A DNA stretch of 64,000 bases from Eledone cirrhosa (Eukaryota): positions 17,980,001 to 18,044,000 of the forward strand of contig OZ024763.1 in the NCBI GenBank assembly GCA_964016885.1, written 5' to 3'. The notes under the pieces are model-generated. The model did no database searches and was not told the DNA's origin. It worked only from the letters and a program-made list of their open reading frames with translations. Shown here piece by piece: positions 12,910 to 26,172 of this stretch (positions within the stretch are counted from its first letter, which is position 1; the number at the start of each line of letters is the position of its first letter). The position numbers and the translations under genes were made by a program.

Positions 12910-14740
12910 ATAATAATTCTTTCTACTTATGGCACAAGGCCAGCAATTACCCAGTGTATTACTGGTACTTTATTTCATCGACCCCGATAAGGATGAAAGG
13001 CAGAGGTTAACCTTGGCGGGATTTGAACTCAGATCATGAAGGGACGTAACTCTATGCTGCAAAGCATGGCGTCCGACCCTCTACCGATACTGCCAATTCA
13101 CCACCCTTACCTATTTAATAATATAATAATAGTAATAATTGTAGCAATAATAATAATAATGATGGTTGCAGGTTCAGTCAATTAAATTGGCTCCAGTGTA
13201 TTACTGGTACTTTATTTTATTGACCCCGTAAGGATGAAATGCAAAGCTAAACTCGGTGGGATTTGAACTCAGAATGTAAAGAGCCATAACTCTATTCTGA
13301 ATTGCAAAGAATGTTGTCGGATGCTCTACTATTGCTGCTCAGTCACTGCCCTTCAATTGTTTTTACATTTGGCACGGGGCCCGGCGATTTGAAGATGAGG
13401 GACAAAGTCAATTAATGCATTACTGGTACTTCATTTTATCGACCCTTTAAAGATGAAAGGTAAAGCTAACCTTGGTAGGGTTTGGTCGGCAAGTTCCCAG
13501 GCCTCATTCGGTTACCGAATGAGGGTGGAACTTGTCAAATTGGACCAAGGAAACAATGTTTCCATTGATTCTTCTCTTGATGCTTATCTACCAGTCGCAA
13601 CTTCTGGCAGATATAATAATTGTTTCTAATTTTGGCACAAGGGCCAGTAATTACACCAGTACATTACTGGTACTTCATTTTATCGACCCCGTAAAGATGA
13701 AAGGTAAAGCTCACCTTGGTAGGGTTTGGTCGGCAAGTTCCCAGGCCTCATTCAGTTATCGAATGGGGTGGAACTTGTCAAATTGGACCAAGGAAACAAT
13801 GTTTCCATTGATTCTTCTCTTGCTGGTGCTTATCTACCAGTCGCAACTTCTGGCAGATATAATAATTGTTTCTAATTTTGGCACAAGGCCAGTAATTACC
13901 CCAGTACATTACTGGTACTTCCTTTTATCGACCCTGTAAAGATGAAAGGTAAAGCTAACCTTGGTAGGGTTTGGTCGGCAAGTTCCCAGGCCCCATTCGG
14001 TTACCGAATGGGGGTCCATTCAGTTACCGAATGGGGGTGGAACTTGTCATATTGGACCAAGGAAACAATGTTTCCATTGATTCTTCTCTTGCTGATGCTT
14101 ATCTACTAGTCGCAACTTCTGGCAGATATAATAATTGTTTCTAATTTTGGCACAAGGCCAGTAATTACACCAGTACATTACTGGTACTTTATTTTATCGA
14201 CCCCGTAAGGATGAAAGGCAAAGTTAACCTCGGCTGGATTTGAACTCGAATCATAAAAGGCCATAACTCTTTGCTGCAAAGCATGGTGTCCGACCTTTTA
14301 CTGATACTGCCAATCCACCTCTCTCCTTGGCAGATATAATAATAATAATGGTTTTTTATTTAGGCACAAGGCCAGCAATTTTGGGTGAGGGGAAAGGCGA
14401 TTAAGTCGACCCCAGTGTGTGACTGGTACTTTATTTTATCAACCCCTTGGCTGGATTTGAACTCAGATCATAAAGGGCCATAACTCTTTGCTGCAAGGCA
14501 TGTCATACTGCCAATCCACCACCCTCTTTGGCAGATATAATTGTTTCTACTTTTGGCACTAGGCCAGCAATTATCCCAGTGTATTACTGGTACTTTATTT
14601 TATCGACCCCGTAAGGATGAAAGGCAAAGTTAACCTCGGTGGGATTTGAACTCAGAGTGGCAAGGGCCGTAACTCAATGCTGGAAAGCATGGCATCCGAC
14701 CCTCTACCGATGCTGCCAATCCACCGGATATAATAATAAT
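12910..14740 (-). mobile_element. Cluster of Meta-domain-like SINEs, including a ~245-bp unit tandemly triplicated (13410..14170)
   Basis: Repeated cattactggtactttattttatcgaccccgtaaggatgaaaggcaaagttaacc blocks. Confidence 0.75.
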
Positions 14741-15693
14741 AATAATCATTAAGGGTCCTTTTAGAATTTATTAAACTTTTAATGTCCTGTACTGCATGAA
14801 ACCACATTAGTTAGACATTACCGAAAAGTACAAAACATCACTATAGTTGCTTCATCATCATCATCATCATCATCATCGTTTAATGTCCCTGTTCCATGCT
14901 TGCATGGGTTTGGACGGGGGTTTTCCCACTTGAGGCAAGAGTGGTTGTCTTGCTCGCATCGGACTGTCTGGCGGGTTTTCTCCAGCTGGATGCCCTTCCT
15001 AACACCAACCACATTTACAGTGTGGGGCTGGGAGGTTTTTATCGTGTTGCCTACACGGCCACATTACAGCGTGGACTGTCTGGCGTGTTTTCTACAGCTG
15101 GATGCCCTTCCTAACACCAACCACATTTACAGTGTGGGTCTGGGAGGTTTTTACCGTGTTGCCTACACGGCCACATTACAGCGTGGACTTCATATTTAAG
15201 AATAAGGTCTTTAGTTTACTGCAAATTTTCCCAACAATCTGTCCTCCAGTGAAGATACTATAACCATGATAACTATTACATGAGTTATGAAATCACATTG
15301 GCAAGACATTGTAAAGTACAAAAACAACACTATGACTGCATCACATTAAATATTAAACTCTTAACTCGAATACTGCAGGGTTTCGGAATAATTTGTCCAC
15401 TAGTAAAGATACAAAAGTAATTTAAATTAACAAACCACATTAGCAAAACATTCTCGAAAGTTACGAAACATCACAATAACTACTTCACATTAGAAAAATA
15501 ATGTTTTTACTCTCTAATACTACAAATTTTCACAACAATTTATCCATTTGTAAAGATACTATAAGCATTTGGGTTAACAAACCTGGGTTTTATTTAGACA
15601 TTTTCTGCTGAATCTACAGGTGTGAAGAGTTAATATGTTGAATGGACAGAATTATTAGATTATCGCCATTTAAGGTCTATTTTCCATGTTTGC

Positions 15694-18600
15694 ATGAATT
15701 AGGTTGTCACATTAGGAGGCTAGCCTGGTCAGATGACTATGGGTTAGGTTGTCACATTAGGAGGCTAGCCTGGTCAGATGACCGTGTCTACATGGGTTAG
15801 GTTGTCACATTAGGAGGCTAGCCTGGTCAGATGACCATGTCTACATGGGTTAGGTTGTCACATTAGGAGGCTAGCCTGGTCAGATGACCATGTCTACATG
15901 AGTTAGGTTGTCACATTAGGAGGCTAGCCTGGTCAGATGACCATGGGTTAGATTGTCATGTTAGGAGGCTAGCCTGGTCACATGACCATGTCTACATGGG
16001 TTAGGTTGTCACATTAGGAGGCTAGCCTGGTCAGATGACCATGTCTACATGGGTTAGGTTGTCACATTAGGAGGCTAACCTGGTCAGATGACCATGTCTA
16101 CATGAGTTAGGTTGTCACATTAGGAGGCTAGCCTGGTCAGATGACCATGGGTTAGATTGTCATGTTAGGAGGCTAGCCTGGTCACATGACCATGTCTACA
16201 TGGGTTAGGTTGTCACATTAGGAGGCTAGCCTGGTCAGATGACCATGTCTACATGGGTTAGGTTGTCACATTAGGAGGCTAGCCTGGTCAGATGACCATG
16301 TCTACATGGGTTAGGTTGTCACATTAGGAGGCTAGCCTGGTCAGATGACCATGTCTACATGGGTTAGGTTGTCACGTTAGGCTAGTCTGGTCAGATGACC
16401 ATGTCTACATGGGTTAGGTTGTCACATTAGGAGGCTAGCCTAGTCAGATGACCATGTCTACATGGGTGAGGTTGTCACATTAGGAGGCTAGCCTGGTCAG
16501 ATGACCATGTCTACATGGGTTAGGTTGTCACGTTAGGCTAGTCTGGTCAGATGACCATGTCTACATGGGTTAGGTTGTCACATTAGGAGGCTAGCCTGGT
16601 CAGATGACCATGTCTACATGGGTTAGGTTGTCACATTAGGAGGCTAGTCTGGTCAGATGACCATGTCTACATGGGTTAGGTTGTCACATTAGGAGGCTAG
16701 CCTGGTCAGATGACCATGTCTACATGGGTTAGGTTGTCACATTAGGAGGCTAGCCTAGTCAGATGACCATGTCTACATGGGTGAGGTTGTCACATTAGGA
16801 GGCTAGCCTGGTCAGATGACCATGTCTACATGGGTTAGGTTGTCACATTAGGAGGCTAGTCTGGTCAGATGACCATGTCTACATGGGTTAGGTTGTCACA
16901 TTAGGAGGCTAGTCTGGTCAGATGACCATGTCTACATGGGTTAGGTTGTCACATTAGGAGGCTAGCCTGGTCAGATGACCATGTCTACATGGGTTAGGTT
17001 GTCACAGGAGGCTAGCCTGGTCAGATGACCATGTCTACATGGGTTAGGTTGTCCAGGAGGCTAGCCTGGTCAGATGACCATGTCTACATGGGTTAGGTTG
17101 TCCAGGAGGCTAGCCTGGTCAGATGACCATGTCTACATGGGTTAGGTTGTCACATTAGGAGGCTAGTCTGGTCAGATGACCATGTCTACATGGGTTAGGT
17201 TGTCACATTAGGAGGCTAGCCTGGTCAGATGACCATGTCTACATGGGTTAGGTTGTCACAGGAGGCTAGCCTGGTCAGATGACCATGTCTACATGGGTTA
17301 GGTTGTCACAGGAGGCTAGTCTGGTCAGATGACCATGTCTACATGGGTTAGGTTGTCACGTTATGAGTCTAGCCTGGTCAGATGACCATGTCTACATGGG
17401 TGAGGTTGTCACATTAGGAGGCTAGCCTGGTCAGATGACCATGTCTACATGGGTTAGGTTGTCACATTAGGAGGCTAGCCTGGTCAGATGACCATGTCTA
17501 CATGGGTTAGGTTGTCACATTAGGAGGCTAGCCTGGTCAGATGACCATGTCTACATGGGTTAGGTTGTCACATTAGGAGGCTAGCCTGGTCAGATGACCA
17601 TGTCTACATGGGTTAGGTTGTCGCATGAGGAGGCTAGCCTGGTCAGATGACCATGGGTTAGATTGTCATGTTAGGAGGCTAGCCTGGTCACATGACCATG
17701 TCTACATGGGTTAGGTTGTCACATTAGGAGGCTAGCCTGGTCAGATGACCATGTCTACATGGGTTAGGTTGTCACATTAGGAGGCTAGCCTAGTCAGATG
17801 ACCATGTCTACATGGGTGAGGTTGTCACATTAGGAGGCTAGCCTGGTCAGATGACCATGTCTACATGGGTTAGGTTGTCACGTTAGGCTAGTCTGGTCAG
17901 ATGACCATGTCTACATGGGTTAGGTTGTCACATTAGGAGGCTAGCCTGGTCAGATGACCATGTCTACATGGGTTAGGTTGTCACATTAGGAGGCTAGTCT
18001 GGTCAGATGACCATGTCTACATGGGTTAGGTTGTCACATTAGGAGGCTAGCCTGGTCAGATGACCATGTCTACATGGGTTAGGTTGTCACATTAGGAGGC
18101 TAGCCTAGTCAGATGACCATGTCTACATGGGTGAGGTTGTCACATTAGGAGGCTAGCCTGGTCAGATGACCATGTCTACATGGGTTAGGTTGTCACATTA
18201 GGAGGCTAGTCTGGTCAGATGACCATGTCTACATGGGTTAGGTTGTCACATTAGGAGGCTAGTCTGGTCAGATGACCATGTCTACATGGGTTAGGTTGTC
18301 ACATTAGGAGGCTAGCCTGGTCAGATGACCATGTCTACATGGGTTAGGTTGTCACAGGAGGCTAGCCTGGTCAGATGACCATGTCTACATGGGTTAGGTT
18401 GTCCAGGAGGCTAGCCTGGTCAGATGACCATGTCTACATGGGTTAGGTTGTCCAGGAGGCTAGCCTGGTCAGATGACCATGTCTACATGGGTTAGGTTGT
18501 CACAGGAGGCTAGCCTGGTCAGATGACCATGTCTACATGGGTTAGGTTGTCACAGGAGGCTAGCCTGGTCAGATGACCATGTCTACATGGGTTAGGTTGT

Positions 18601-19140
18601 CACATTAGGAGGCTAGCCTGGTCAGATGACCATGTCTACATGGGTTAGGTTGTCACATTAGGAGGCTAGTCTGGTCAGATGACCATGTCTACATGGGTTA
18701 GGTTGTCACGTTATGAGTCTAGCCTGGTCAGATGACCATGTCTACATGGGTGAGGTTGTCACATTAGGAGGCTAGCCTGGTCAGATGACCATGTCTACAT
18801 GGGTTAGGTTGTCACATTAGGAGGCTAGCCTGGTCAGATGACCATGTCTACATGGGTTAGGTTGTCACATTAGGAGGCTAGCCTGGTCAGATGACCATGT
18901 CTACATGGGTTAGGTTGTCACATTAGGAGGCTAGCCTGGTCAGATGACCATGTCTACATGGGTTAGGTTGTCACATTAGGAGGCTAGCCTGGTCAGATGA
19001 CCATGTCTACATGGGTTAGGTTGTCGCATGAGGAGGCTAGCCTGGTCAGATGACCATGGGTTAGATTGTCATGTTAGGAGGCTAGCCTGGTCACATGACC
19101 ATGTCTACATGGGTTCGTTGTTACGTTATGAGGTTAGATT
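15694..19140. repeat. 53-bp minisatellite, roughly 65 copies, with ~1350-bp higher-order duplication
   Basis: Unit GGGTTAGGTTGTCACATTAGGAGGCTAGCCTGGTCAGATGACCATGTCTACAT. Confidence 0.97.
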
Positions 19141-19197
19141 GGTTAGCTGACTACATCTTGTTCATGTGTTCCCCTTTTAGCTTTGTTTTCTATGACA

Positions 19198-22100
19198 AGA
19201 TGGACTGGGTGCTTTTTCTCATGGCACCAGCACTACCACCTTACAGAGTGGACTGGGTGCTTTATGTCATGCCACCAGCACTACCACCATACAGAGTGGA
19301 CTGGGTGCTTTATGTCATGGCACCAGCACTACCACCTTACAGAGTGGACTGGGTGCTTTGTCATGGCACCAGCACGACCACCTTACAGAGTGGACTGGCT
19401 GCTTTTTCTCATGTCACCAGCACTACCACCATACAGAGTGGACTGGGTGCTTTATGTCATGGCACCAGCACTACCACCTTACAGAGTGGACTGGCTGCTT
19501 TTTCTCATGTCACCAGCACTACCACCATACAGAGTGGACTGGGTGCTTTATGTCATGGCACCAGCACTACCACCTTACAGAGTGGACTGGCTGCTTTTTC
19601 TCATGTCACCAGCACTACCACCATACAGAGTGGACTGGGTGCTTTATGTCATGGCACCAGCACTACCACCTTACAGAGTGGACTGGCTGCTTTTTCTCAT
19701 GTCACCAGCACTACCACCATACAGAGTGGACTGGGTGCTTTATGTCATGGCACCAGCACTACCACCTTACAGAGTGGACTGGCTGCTTTTTCTCATGTCA
19801 CCAGCACTACCACCATACAGAGTGGACTGGGTGCTTTATGTCATGGCACCAGCACTACCACCTTACAGAGTGGACTGGCTGCTTTTTCTCATGTCACCAG
19901 CACTACCACCATACAGAGTGGACTGGGTGCTTTATGTCATGGCACCAGCAATACCACCTTACAGAGTGGACTGGCTGCTTTTTCTCATGTCACCAGCACT
20001 ACCACCATACAGAGTGGACTGGGTGCTTTATGTCATGGCACCAGCACTACCACCTTACAGAGTGGACTGGGTGCTTTGTCATGGCACCAGCACTACCACC
20101 TTACAGAGTGGACTGGCTGCTTTTTCTCATGTCACCAGCACTACCACCATACAGAGTGGACTGGGTGCTTTATGTCATGGCACCAGCACTACCACCTTAC
20201 AGAGTGGACTGGGTGCTTTGTCATGGCACCAGCACTACCACCTTACAGAGTGGACTGGCTGCTTTTTCTCATGTCACCAGCACTACCACCATACAGAGTG
20301 GACTGGGTGCTTTATGTCATGGCACCAGCACTACCACCTTACAGAGTGGACTGGCTGCTTTTTCTCATGTCACCAGCACTACCACCATACAGAGTGGACT
20401 GGGTGCTTTATGTCATGGCACCAGCAATACCACCTTACAGAGTGGACTGGCTGCTTTTTCTCATGTCACCAGCACTACCACCATACAGAGTGGACTGGGT
20501 GCTTTGTCATGGCACCAGCACTACCACCTTACAGAGTGGACTGGCTGCTTTTTCTCATGTCACCAGCACTACCACCTTACAGAGTGGACTGGGTGCTTTA
20601 TGTCATGGCACCAGCACTACCACCTTACAGAATGGACTGGGTGCTTTATGTCATGGCACCAGCACTACCACCTTACAGAGTGGACTGGGTGCTTTATGTC
20701 ATGGCACCAGCACTACCACCTTACAGAGTGGACTGGGTGCTTTGTCATGGCACCAGCACTACCACCTTACAGAGTGGACTGGCTGCTTTTTCTCATGTCA
20801 CCAGCACTACCACCTTACAGAGTGGACTGGGTGCTTTGTCATGGCACCAGCACTACCACCTTACAGAGTGGACTGGGTGCTTTGTCATGTCACCAGCACT
20901 ACCACCATACAGAGTGGACTGGGTGCTTTATGTCATGGCACCAGCACTACCACCTTACAGAGTGGACTGGCTGCTTTTTCTCATGTCACCAGCACTACCA
21001 CCTTACAGAGTGGACTGGGTGCTTTATGTCATGGCACCAGCACTACCACCTTACAGAGTGGACTGGCTGCTTTTTCTCATGTCACCAGCACTACCACCAT
21101 ACAGAGTGGACTGGGTGCTTTGTCATGGCACCAGCACTACCACCTTACAGAGTGGACTGGCTGCTTTTTCTCATGTCACCAGCACTACCACCTTACAGAG
21201 TGGACTGGGTGCTTTATGTCATGGCACCAGCACTACCACCTTACAGAATGGACTGGGTGCTTTATGTCATGGCACCAGCACTACCACCTTACAGAGTGGA
21301 CTGGGTGCTTTATGTCATGGCACCAGCACTACCACCTTACAGAGTGGACTGGCTGCTTTTTCTCATGTCACCAGCACTACCACCATACAGAGTGGACTGG
21401 GTGCTTTATGTCATGGCAACAGCACTACCACCTTACAGAGTGGACTGGCTGCTTTTTCTCATGTCACCAGCACTACCACCATACAGAGTGGACTGGGTGC
21501 TTTATGTCATGGCACCAGCACTACCACCTTACAGAGTGGACTGGCCTCCTTTTTCTCATGTCACCAGCACTACCACCATACAGAGTGGACTGGGTGCTTT
21601 GTCATGGCACCAGCACAACCACCTTACAGAGTGGACTGGCTGCTTTTTCTCATGTCACCAGCACTACCACCATACAGAGTGGACTGGGTGCTTTGTCATG
21701 GCACCAGCACTACCACCTTACAGAGTGGACTGGCTGCTTTTTCTCATGTCACCAGCACTACCACCATACAGAGTGGACTGGGTGCTTTGTCATGGCACCA
21801 GCACTACCACCTTACAGAGTGGACTGGCTGCTTTTTCTCATGTCACCAGCACTACCACCATACAGAGTGGACTGGGTGCTTTATGTCATGGCACCAGCAC
21901 TACCACCTTACAGAGTGGACTGGCTGCTTTTTCTCATGTCACCAGCACTACCACCATACAGAGTGGACTGGGTGCATTTTGTCATGGCACCAGCACTACC
22001 ACCTTACAGAGTGGACTGGCTGCTTTTTCTCATGTCACCAGCACTACCACCTTACAGAATGGACTGGGTGCTTTATGTCATGGCACCAACACTACCACCT

Positions 22101-22472
22101 TACAGAGTGGACTGGGTGCTTTATGTCATGGCACCAGCACTACCACCTTACAGAGTGGACTGGGTGCTTTATGTCATGTCACCAGCACTACCACTATACA
22201 GAGTGGACTGGCTGCTTTTTCTCATGTCACCAGCACTACCACCATACAGAGTGGACTGGGTGCTTTATGTCATGGCACCAGCACTACCACCTTACAGAGT
22301 GGACTGGCTGCTTTTTCTCATGTCACCAGCACTACCACCACACAGAGTGGACTGGGTGCTTTATGTCATGGCACCAGCACTACCACCTTACAGAGTGGAC
22401 TGGCTGCTTTTTCTCATGTCACCAGCACTACCACCATACAGAGTGGACTGGGTGCATTTTGTCATGGCACAG
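19198..22472. repeat. 48-bp minisatellite, roughly 68 copies, alternating A/B variants
   Basis: Unit GGACTGGGTGCTTTATGTCATGGCACCAGCACTACCACCTTACAGAGT. B variant GGCTGCTTTTTCTCATGTCAC..CATAC. Confidence 0.97.
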
Positions 22473-22699
22473 CTTACGTACAGTCCTATGTTCTACCAAG
22501 TGGATTTTATGGTACCAGCACAAGAGAAGTCTTCCTGTACTGAATATGTTTATCCTGTAGATCACCAACACTAGAGAGGTTGTCATGTCCTTGACACAAC
22601 TGAAGGGTCCTCCCAACACTTTGTTTGCCAATCTTTCTACAGCTGGATGCGCTTCCTAAGAGCTGGAGAAGGGATGAGTTCCGACAGGTTTCAAATGGC

Positions 22700-22965
22700 C
22701 AAGATCACAGTATATGTGACGACGGTGCTCCCTGCGACCCCCATCAGAATTTAAGGTCACACAGTATATGACAGTGCTCCCTGCGACCCTATCAGGAATT
22801 AGGGGTCACACAGTATATGACAACGGTGCTCCCTACGACCCTCATCAGGAATTAGGAGTCACAATATGTGACAGCAGTGCTCCCTATGACCCCCATCAGG
22901 AATTAGGGGTCACACAGTATATGACAACAGAGTTCCCTACGACCCCATCAGAAGTTAAGGGTCCA
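22700..22965. repeat. ~50-bp tandem repeat (5-6 units)
   Basis: cacagtatatgacaacggtgctccctacgaccccatcaggaattaggggt. Confidence 0.8.
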
Positions 22966-23589
22966 AAACAAAACAAAACAATATAACATCAACAATATTA
23001 AATCTTTATTTAAAAAAAAAATATTGGGTGGGTTAAGAAAAGGGGTCAAAGTTCAACAAATTCTCTTTTACCTGTTCTGCTTCAGGCCTTGGGTTCTGGC
23101 CATGCTGGAGCACTACCATTAATTAACATTTTTCATGAAATAAGGGTTTGTTTACATATATTGAATTTCTTTTTGTTTTTTCTGATTGATGCAATATTTT
23201 GATTGATTTCCAACAGATCTTTGAGTCAAGTATAAAACCCCACCCCACTTCACCCAACCAGTTCGACTCATTGAAAAATGCTAGACTAAAATATTCTGGG
23301 AAGAGGGCCTTGTATGACACATAATCAAAATTGACCCTTACTTAGTTGTAATCTATTGTGTATATATATATATATATATATATAAAGAAAGTGTGGTAAG
23401 GAACCAGGTGGACCATAACGCACCAGAGTACTCAATACTTAGGGTAGTAGGAAAAGAGTCAGGACCCCGACAGCTAAGCTCCGGCCGTTTCGATCGCTAG
23501 ATCCAACTGCTGGGTTAGTTCAGATCTAGCTGTCAAAACAGCCAGAGCTCAGCCGTCGGTGTCCTCACTCTTTTCCTATATATATATAG

Positions 23590-24030
23590 AGTAATAATAA
23601 TAATAATGAAATTATTGTGTACAGTGCTCAGGTGCACTACAACTCATCAAAGGTGCATGTATAGTACATAGAATAATGTACAAATGTCAGGAAAATGAAC
23701 AGTGTATGAGTCATATAATAATAATAATGAAATATTGTGTACAGTGCCCAGGTGCACCACAACTCATCAAAAAGTGCATGTACAGTACATAGGGCAATGC
23801 ACAAACATCAGTAAAATGAACAGTGCACGAGTCATGATACACACATGTGTGCATGTGTATGGAAGGGGTACATCAGGTGTAGTTTTGGCGTATTTCGGGA
23901 AGCATGAGTGTCTTAAAGGATGCAGTGTCTCGGCAGCTAACAACTGACGCAGGCAGTTTGTTCCATGCTTCAGCAACTCTGGGCGGGAAAAAATGTCTAC
24001 GAAAGTCATGGGAGCTGTGCTGTTTTCTGA
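23590..24030 (-). mobile_element. CR1-clade LINE 3' fragment
   Basis: IRKQHSSHDFRRHFF..RVAEAWNKLP, plus 3' UTR and (ATT)n near-identical to 58735..59175. Confidence 0.88.
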
Positions 24031-24113
24031 TGTGTGTGTGGGTGGAAAAGGTAAAGGAAATAAGAGTAGTACAGAGCAATTTAATTATGTAATAAAACAA
24101 AACAATATAATTA

Positions 24114-24184
24114 TTCCATTACCAAAGGTTTCACGAAGTCAGACGATTCTAACAGAGGTGCCTGAATCCATTCATCAAATAGAA
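24114..24184 (-). ncRNA. Hammerhead motif with U3 variant core (TTGATGA)
   Basis: Minus strand: TTCTAT-TTGATGA-ATGGATTCAGGC...GTCTGACTTCGT-GAAA-CCTTTGG-TA^ATGGAA. Confidence 0.6.
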
Positions 24185-25373
24185 ATATTTATAATAAAGA
24201 TTTCTAACCTTGGGGAATGGAATAAGTATATTGTGTTTTTTATTACATAAATAAATATATATATATATAGGGTTTGAAAATGTACTTTTGTTCTGTGTAT
24301 GAACATAAATAAATATATATATATATACGCTTAAATTTGGTGGTTCACCACTGGGTAGAATTGGTCATGCCTCAATGTAAACCGTCATGTAATATTATGA
24401 AAGCACTCAACGTTATGCATCTCATCCATCCTTGGTGTTGACTCTTGAAGGAATATAACTGGCCTCCTGTCATTTTACCCTATAATATTCTATATATATA
24501 TGTGTGTGTATATATATATATTAAGAAAAATATTTCTAAATTCATAAGATCTCTAGGGAATGAGGTTTGCAATAAATGTGAGAATGTATGTCTGCTTGGC
24601 CAGCTCAGTGATCACAGTAATATAGTTTATAGTTCACAATAACTGATCTATACACATGTAGATTAAAGGTTTAAAATAATTATAATAATGAATTTTTTTT
24701 TTATTTAGGAACAAAGCCAACAGTTTTTTAGGAGAGGAAAGTTAATTAAATTGACCCCAGTGCATTACTGGTAGTTTTTTTTATCAACTCTTGTAAGGAT
24801 GAAAGGCAAAGCTAATTTTGGTGGGATTAACTTTGCCTTTCTATCCTTACAGGGTTAATAAAATAAAGTACCAGTAATGCACTGGGTCAATTTAATCGAC
24901 TTTCCCCTTCCCTTTAAAATTGCTGGCCTTGTGCAAAAATGTAGAAACAATTATTATTTTTATTAAAATAGAATAAAAGTACTGACATAAAAGAAATTTT
25001 TTTTTTAAATTGGCAATGCCCCAGCATGGCCTCAGCCGGAACAGGTAAAAGCATAAAAGAGTAAAGTTTCTGAAAGCTTTTGGGGTTATTATAGAATGCC
25101 TTGGTATATTTGACAGGCAAATAAACAAATAAAGAGGATGAGTGGTGGGGAGGGAAAGGTCAATATTTTACTCTAGTAAACCTGTGCTAAAAAGACAAAG
25201 GGAAGGATACTAGCTTCATAAAAGTTTGTATTTTCAGGTCCCCAGGTTCAATTTCAGATCCAGCATGGTGTATTAGAAGATTCCTCCTCTGCTTCCTTCT
25301 CCAAGTTTTACTAAGTTAAAAGTAGTTCCATGTTTCCAGATTTATCTACAATAGCCTGTCTACCATTGAGAAG

Positions 25374-25433
25374 TCAAAGTAGTTTGGCGTGACCTTTTGT
25401 TGAGAGGTGAAGTAACTTCAGAGATCGCAGAAT
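25374..25433 (-). CDS. SKA2: SKA2 terminal coding exon
   Basis: ttctatttcttctccag acceptor. ILRSLKLLHLSTKGHAKLL-TGA. Total reconstructed protein 274 aa. Confidence 0.8.
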   Translation of the reverse strand: MLRSLKLLHLSTKGHAKLL

Positions 25434-26172
25434 CTGGAGAAGAAATAGAATTGGTTAATTGCTTCATTGTGTGTGTGTGTGTATATAGTGATTTATATAT
25501 ATCGCTATTTCAGAGCACCAATTCTAATATATATATATATATATATCAAGTAAGTATGTTTTGAAACAGTGAGCGAGTTTGAAATTAGAAAATATATAGC
25601 TTTCACCATATTTTAACTAAAGGAATTTTAGCTTGATAACGGGGTTTAGAACCCTCAGATAAATGGAAAAAGATGAGTATTGACGTACATGTACGTCAAT
25701 ACTCATCTTTTTCCATTTATCTGAAGGTTCTAAACCCCATTATCAAGCTAAAATTCCTTTAGTTAAAATACGGTGAAAGCTATATATATATATATTGTTA
25801 TACTTGGGGAGGGTCATATTGTTGTAATATTGCCAGAAATAATAACAGAACACACTCACTGTTTGGTTGGTTTTCACTTCTGCATCTTTTATATCTCCAT
25901 AGTTAATTTATTTGGCAATCAATGTTTATCATTGACTGACCAACGGTTAAAAATACAGATATAAATATATATATATATATATATATACAATTTAATACAT
26001 AAACAGAGAAAGCCTTAAGCGATACTCCGACCAACTCCATCTCACTCAACAAACATTAGGATATACTTAAGTATTATCCCAATTTAGTGTTTGGGGTGCT
26101 AACTAATCAGTATTTCGTGGATAATTGGTTGTATTATTTTATGAGACATTATTAAATAAATATCTCATTTCT

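Noticed and set aside
9700-22472. CRISPR-like regular arrays
   Set aside because: Units are contiguous with no unique spacers, there are no cas genes, and the context is eukaryotic.
19095-22574. Three overlapping >1000-aa ORFs on the + strand
   Set aside because: They arise because the 48-bp satellite unit has no stop in any + frame. Frequent 47-bp units swap frames freely, showing no coding constraint.
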